A DNA stretch of 59,632 nucleotides. Source: Ignavibacteriales bacterium (lineage in GTDB: Bacteria > Bacteroidota > Ignavibacteria > Ignavibacteriales > Ignavibacteriaceae). A program made the translations under genes and the position numbers. The notes under the pieces were generated by a model. The model had not been told where the DNA came from, did no database searches, and saw nothing but the letters and a program-made list of their open reading frames with translations. Location: positions 1-59,632 of the forward strand of contig JACPGF010000149.1 of the NCBI GenBank assembly GCA_016182615.1, written 5' to 3'. Position 1 is the stretch's first letter, and each line of letters starts with the position of its first letter. Shown in pieces: positions 57,538 to 59,632 of the stretch.

Positions 57538-58012
57538 ACCTATCCGTTTATTGCAGGCGGAAGACCGCCCGGCAATTGTTGAGATGCTGCAAAAAACAGA
57601 AATCTTTTATGGCGAAGAAGTAGCAATAGCCTTAGAGCTTATTGATACTGCACTTGCCCTGCCGGGTCAGGAAGATTATTACATCTACGTGTATGAGCAC
57701 GAAGGCAAAGCCGCAGGTTATCATTGCACGGGCAGGCGCCCGTTAACCGATGGCGTTTTCGACTTGTACTGGATTGTTGTTGATCCTGCAGGGACAGGCG
57801 GCGGTTTTGGTTCAGCTTTGCTGAAACATGCCGAGGCTCTCGTGCAATCCAAAGGCGGCAGATGGATACTTGCTGAGACTTCTTCGCGCAAACAATACGA
57901 TAAAACACGGAATTTTTATAAAAAGCATAACTATCAGATTCTGGCACACATCCCCGATTTTTATAAAATGGGTGATGGCATGGTAGTGTACGGCAAGAAT
58001 TTTACGGAATAA
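57509..58012 (+). CDS. GNAT family N-acetyltransferase
   Basis: 167 aa. YWIVVDPAGTGGGFGSALLKHAE resembles acetyl-CoA motif A (Q/RxxGxG/A). The exact start is uncertain, because the listed start overlaps the upstream gene by 29 nt. Confidence 0.75.
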   Translation: MWILHVNVTEPIRLLQAEDRPAIVEMLQKTEIFYGEEVAIALELIDTALALPGQEDYYIYVYEHEGKAAGYHCTGRRPLTDGVFDLYWIVVDPAGTGGGFGSALLKHAEALVQSKGGRWILAETSSRKQYDKTRNFYKKHNYQILAHIPDFYKMGDGMVVYGKNFTE

Positions 58013-58024
58013 ACAGGAACATCT

Positions 58025-59212
58025 ATGGAACTCTGGCAACAGATGATTCGAGACAGTGTGCACACTGTCGATCAGCTTGTAGAAAATTTCGGTATGGACC
58101 GGAATGAGGCTGAAAAACTGAATGAGTTTTTTCAGGTACGGATTAATCCGTACTACCTGAAACTTATCAGATACAAGGGCGATCCGATCTGGCAGCAATG
58201 CGTGCCGGATATTCAAGAGTTGGAGGACATTGATGCTCCAGAGGATCCATTGAATGAAGATGCGATGAGCCCTGTTCCAAACATTACCCACCGGTACCCT
58301 GACCGTGCACTATTCTTAACCACAAGCCAGTGTGGTTTATACTGCCGTTTCTGTACCCGTAAACGTAAAGTGGGCAATTCCGAAAAAATTTCGATGAAAG
58401 GCCTTGAAGCCGCATTTACCTATCTTGAGCAGCATACGGAAATCCGTGATGTTATCATGTCCGGCGGCGATCCGCTGATGCTCACCGATACCATGCTCGA
58501 GAAAATCATCAAACGGCTGCGCCAGATACCACATATTGAAATTATCCGCCTTGGCACCAAGATGCCCTGCGTTCTGCCGCAGCGTATTACCCAGAAATTG
58601 GTTGATATGCTGAAGAAATATCACCCGATTTACGTTAACACGCATTTTAACCATCCCTGGGAGATAACCGAGGAAAGCTCCCGTGCCTGCGCTTTGCTTG
58701 CCGATAACGGCATTCCCGTGGGCAACCAGATGGTGCTGATGAAAGGGGTTAACGATGACCACGTGGTTGTTAAAGACTTGATGCAGAAACTCCTTAAAAT
58801 ACGCGTACGGCCCTATTACATCTATATGGCAGACGAAACCAAGGGTGCGAACCATTTTAGGACAACAGTAGCCAAAGGGCTTGAAATTATAGAACATTTA
58901 CGCGGATGGACCAGCGGGCTTGCCGTTCCCCATTTTGTGATTGATGCACCCGGCGGCGGCGGAAAAATTCCATTGCTGCCCAATTATGTTTTGCACATGG
59001 ATGACCAGAAAATTGTTCTGCGTAACTTCCAGAATAAAATTTACACGTACCGTAACGGTACTCCCCACCCGAAAATTATGCCGGTTATCTTTAACAAAAA
59101 GCGCATAGAGCGCAAGCGTGAGCTTGCCCGAAAACTGCTTGAGGTAAATACTACCGGAAAAACCAGAAAAATTACACTTCCCGTACAGGAAGTTGTTGAG
59201 GAGAAGGTTTAA
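58025..59212 (+). CDS. Lysine 2,3-aminomutase (KamA-family radical SAM enzyme)
   Basis: 395 aa. Radical-SAM cluster CGLYCRFCTRKR, SGGDPL, and PLP-lysine region (HFNHP...). Length and motifs are typical of KamA/AblA. Confidence 0.9.
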   Translation: MELWQQMIRDSVHTVDQLVENFGMDRNEAEKLNEFFQVRINPYYLKLIRYKGDPIWQQCVPDIQELEDIDAPEDPLNEDAMSPVPNITHRYPDRALFLTTSQCGLYCRFCTRKRKVGNSEKISMKGLEAAFTYLEQHTEIRDVIMSGGDPLMLTDTMLEKIIKRLRQIPHIEIIRLGTKMPCVLPQRITQKLVDMLKKYHPIYVNTHFNHPWEITEESSRACALLADNGIPVGNQMVLMKGVNDDHVVVKDLMQKLLKIRVRPYYIYMADETKGANHFRTTVAKGLEIIEHLRGWTSGLAVPHFVIDAPGGGGKIPLLPNYVLHMDDQKIVLRNFQNKIYTYRNGTPHPKIMPVIFNKKRIERKRELARKLLEVNTTGKTRKITLPVQEVVEEKV

Positions 59213-59491
59213 GCAGAGTTTCATCTCATCCCCGGAAGGTAATTCCGGGGCAGGGATACAATAAAACATAGCCCGAAAGCATCACGTCACCATTTTGCAG
59301 CCAAAAGATTTGAACAAAATACAGCATCCGGCAAAGTTGATAATTTGCTGCAAACAGGAAAATTTTCTTTTTAAGCACCAGATCATACTCCTCTTTTAAT
59401 TATCCTGCAATTACTAATTGTACTTGGGTTGCAGTCGGGTAGTTTTCGCACCTTTCATTCGATAAAAAAAACTCAAAAGCCCCCCTCCTTG

Positions 59492-59510
59492 AGAGGCTGT
59501 GTTAAAACTC
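59492..59510. repeat. Solo copy of the MITE arm seen at 43585-43605
   Basis: AGAGGCTGTGTTAAAACTC matches 43589-43607 exactly. No inverted partner is visible before the window ends. Confidence 0.5.
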
Positions 59511-59632
59511 TGAACAAATACAGGTCTCCCTTTAAAAACGAGGTGTTTTTTTTCGATTTTTCCAGACTGCTTTTACCGATTATTCTTTTTTACTGTTTCA
59601 TCTTTTTATTTTCTGCTTTTTAGAGCTTTTTC

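Noticed and set aside
58337-59269. 186-aa and 123-aa minus-strand ORFs across the lysine 2,3-aminomutase gene
   Set aside because: Antisense shadows of a gene with a clear radical-SAM/KamA signature.
1-59632. Search for tRNA, rRNA, tmRNA or riboswitch signatures (for example preQ1 upstream of queC)
   Set aside because: I found no cloverleaf-like GTTCGAATC/T-loop contexts, no rRNA-like stretches, and no room for a riboswitch in the 74-nt prfA-queC spacer.

Overview
This window looks like a chromosomal segment from an FCB-group bacterium, probably Ignavibacteria-like. The clues are T9SS-type C-terminal sorting tails ending in NYPNPFNPST motifs together with clear Shine-Dalgarno sites. Housekeeping content: tig (partial)-clpP, a large hybrid histidine kinase, trmB, rmuC, queC, prfA, a class I aldolase, a glutamate/aspartate-type symporter, and a tightly packed trp operon (trpEGDCF-DAHP synthase-trpBA) preceded by a WWW leader peptide and attenuator.

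The main accessory feature is an AT-rich ~6 kb island (about 11.45-17.45 kb) between rmuC and a 5'-truncated kdsA remnant. It carries a 1408-aa protein with an Mrr-like nuclease head, a STAND-type P-loop and a large unassigned C-terminal region (Avs/bNACHT-like). Directly downstream is what reads as a tripartite toxin-antitoxin-chaperone module: a RelE/HigB-like toxin, an XRE antitoxin with a long tail, and a SecB-like chaperone.

Other notable items:
- an operon of two Ddl-like ATP-grasp ligases, a GNAT and a lysine 2,3-aminomutase
- an [FeFe]-hydrogenase-like domain fused to a chemoreceptor
- a secreted-protein cluster (S8 peptidase, SdiA-regulated-like lipoprotein, triple lamin-tail protein)
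- a decayed IS1634-like element
- a poly-C frameshift in a DUF3857/transglutaminase-like gene
- 97-bp direct repeats bracketing that gene cassette
- a recurrent family of tandem heptamer arrays, five of them starting on or next to the stop codon of a same-strand gene

I found no rRNA, tRNA or CRISPR array.
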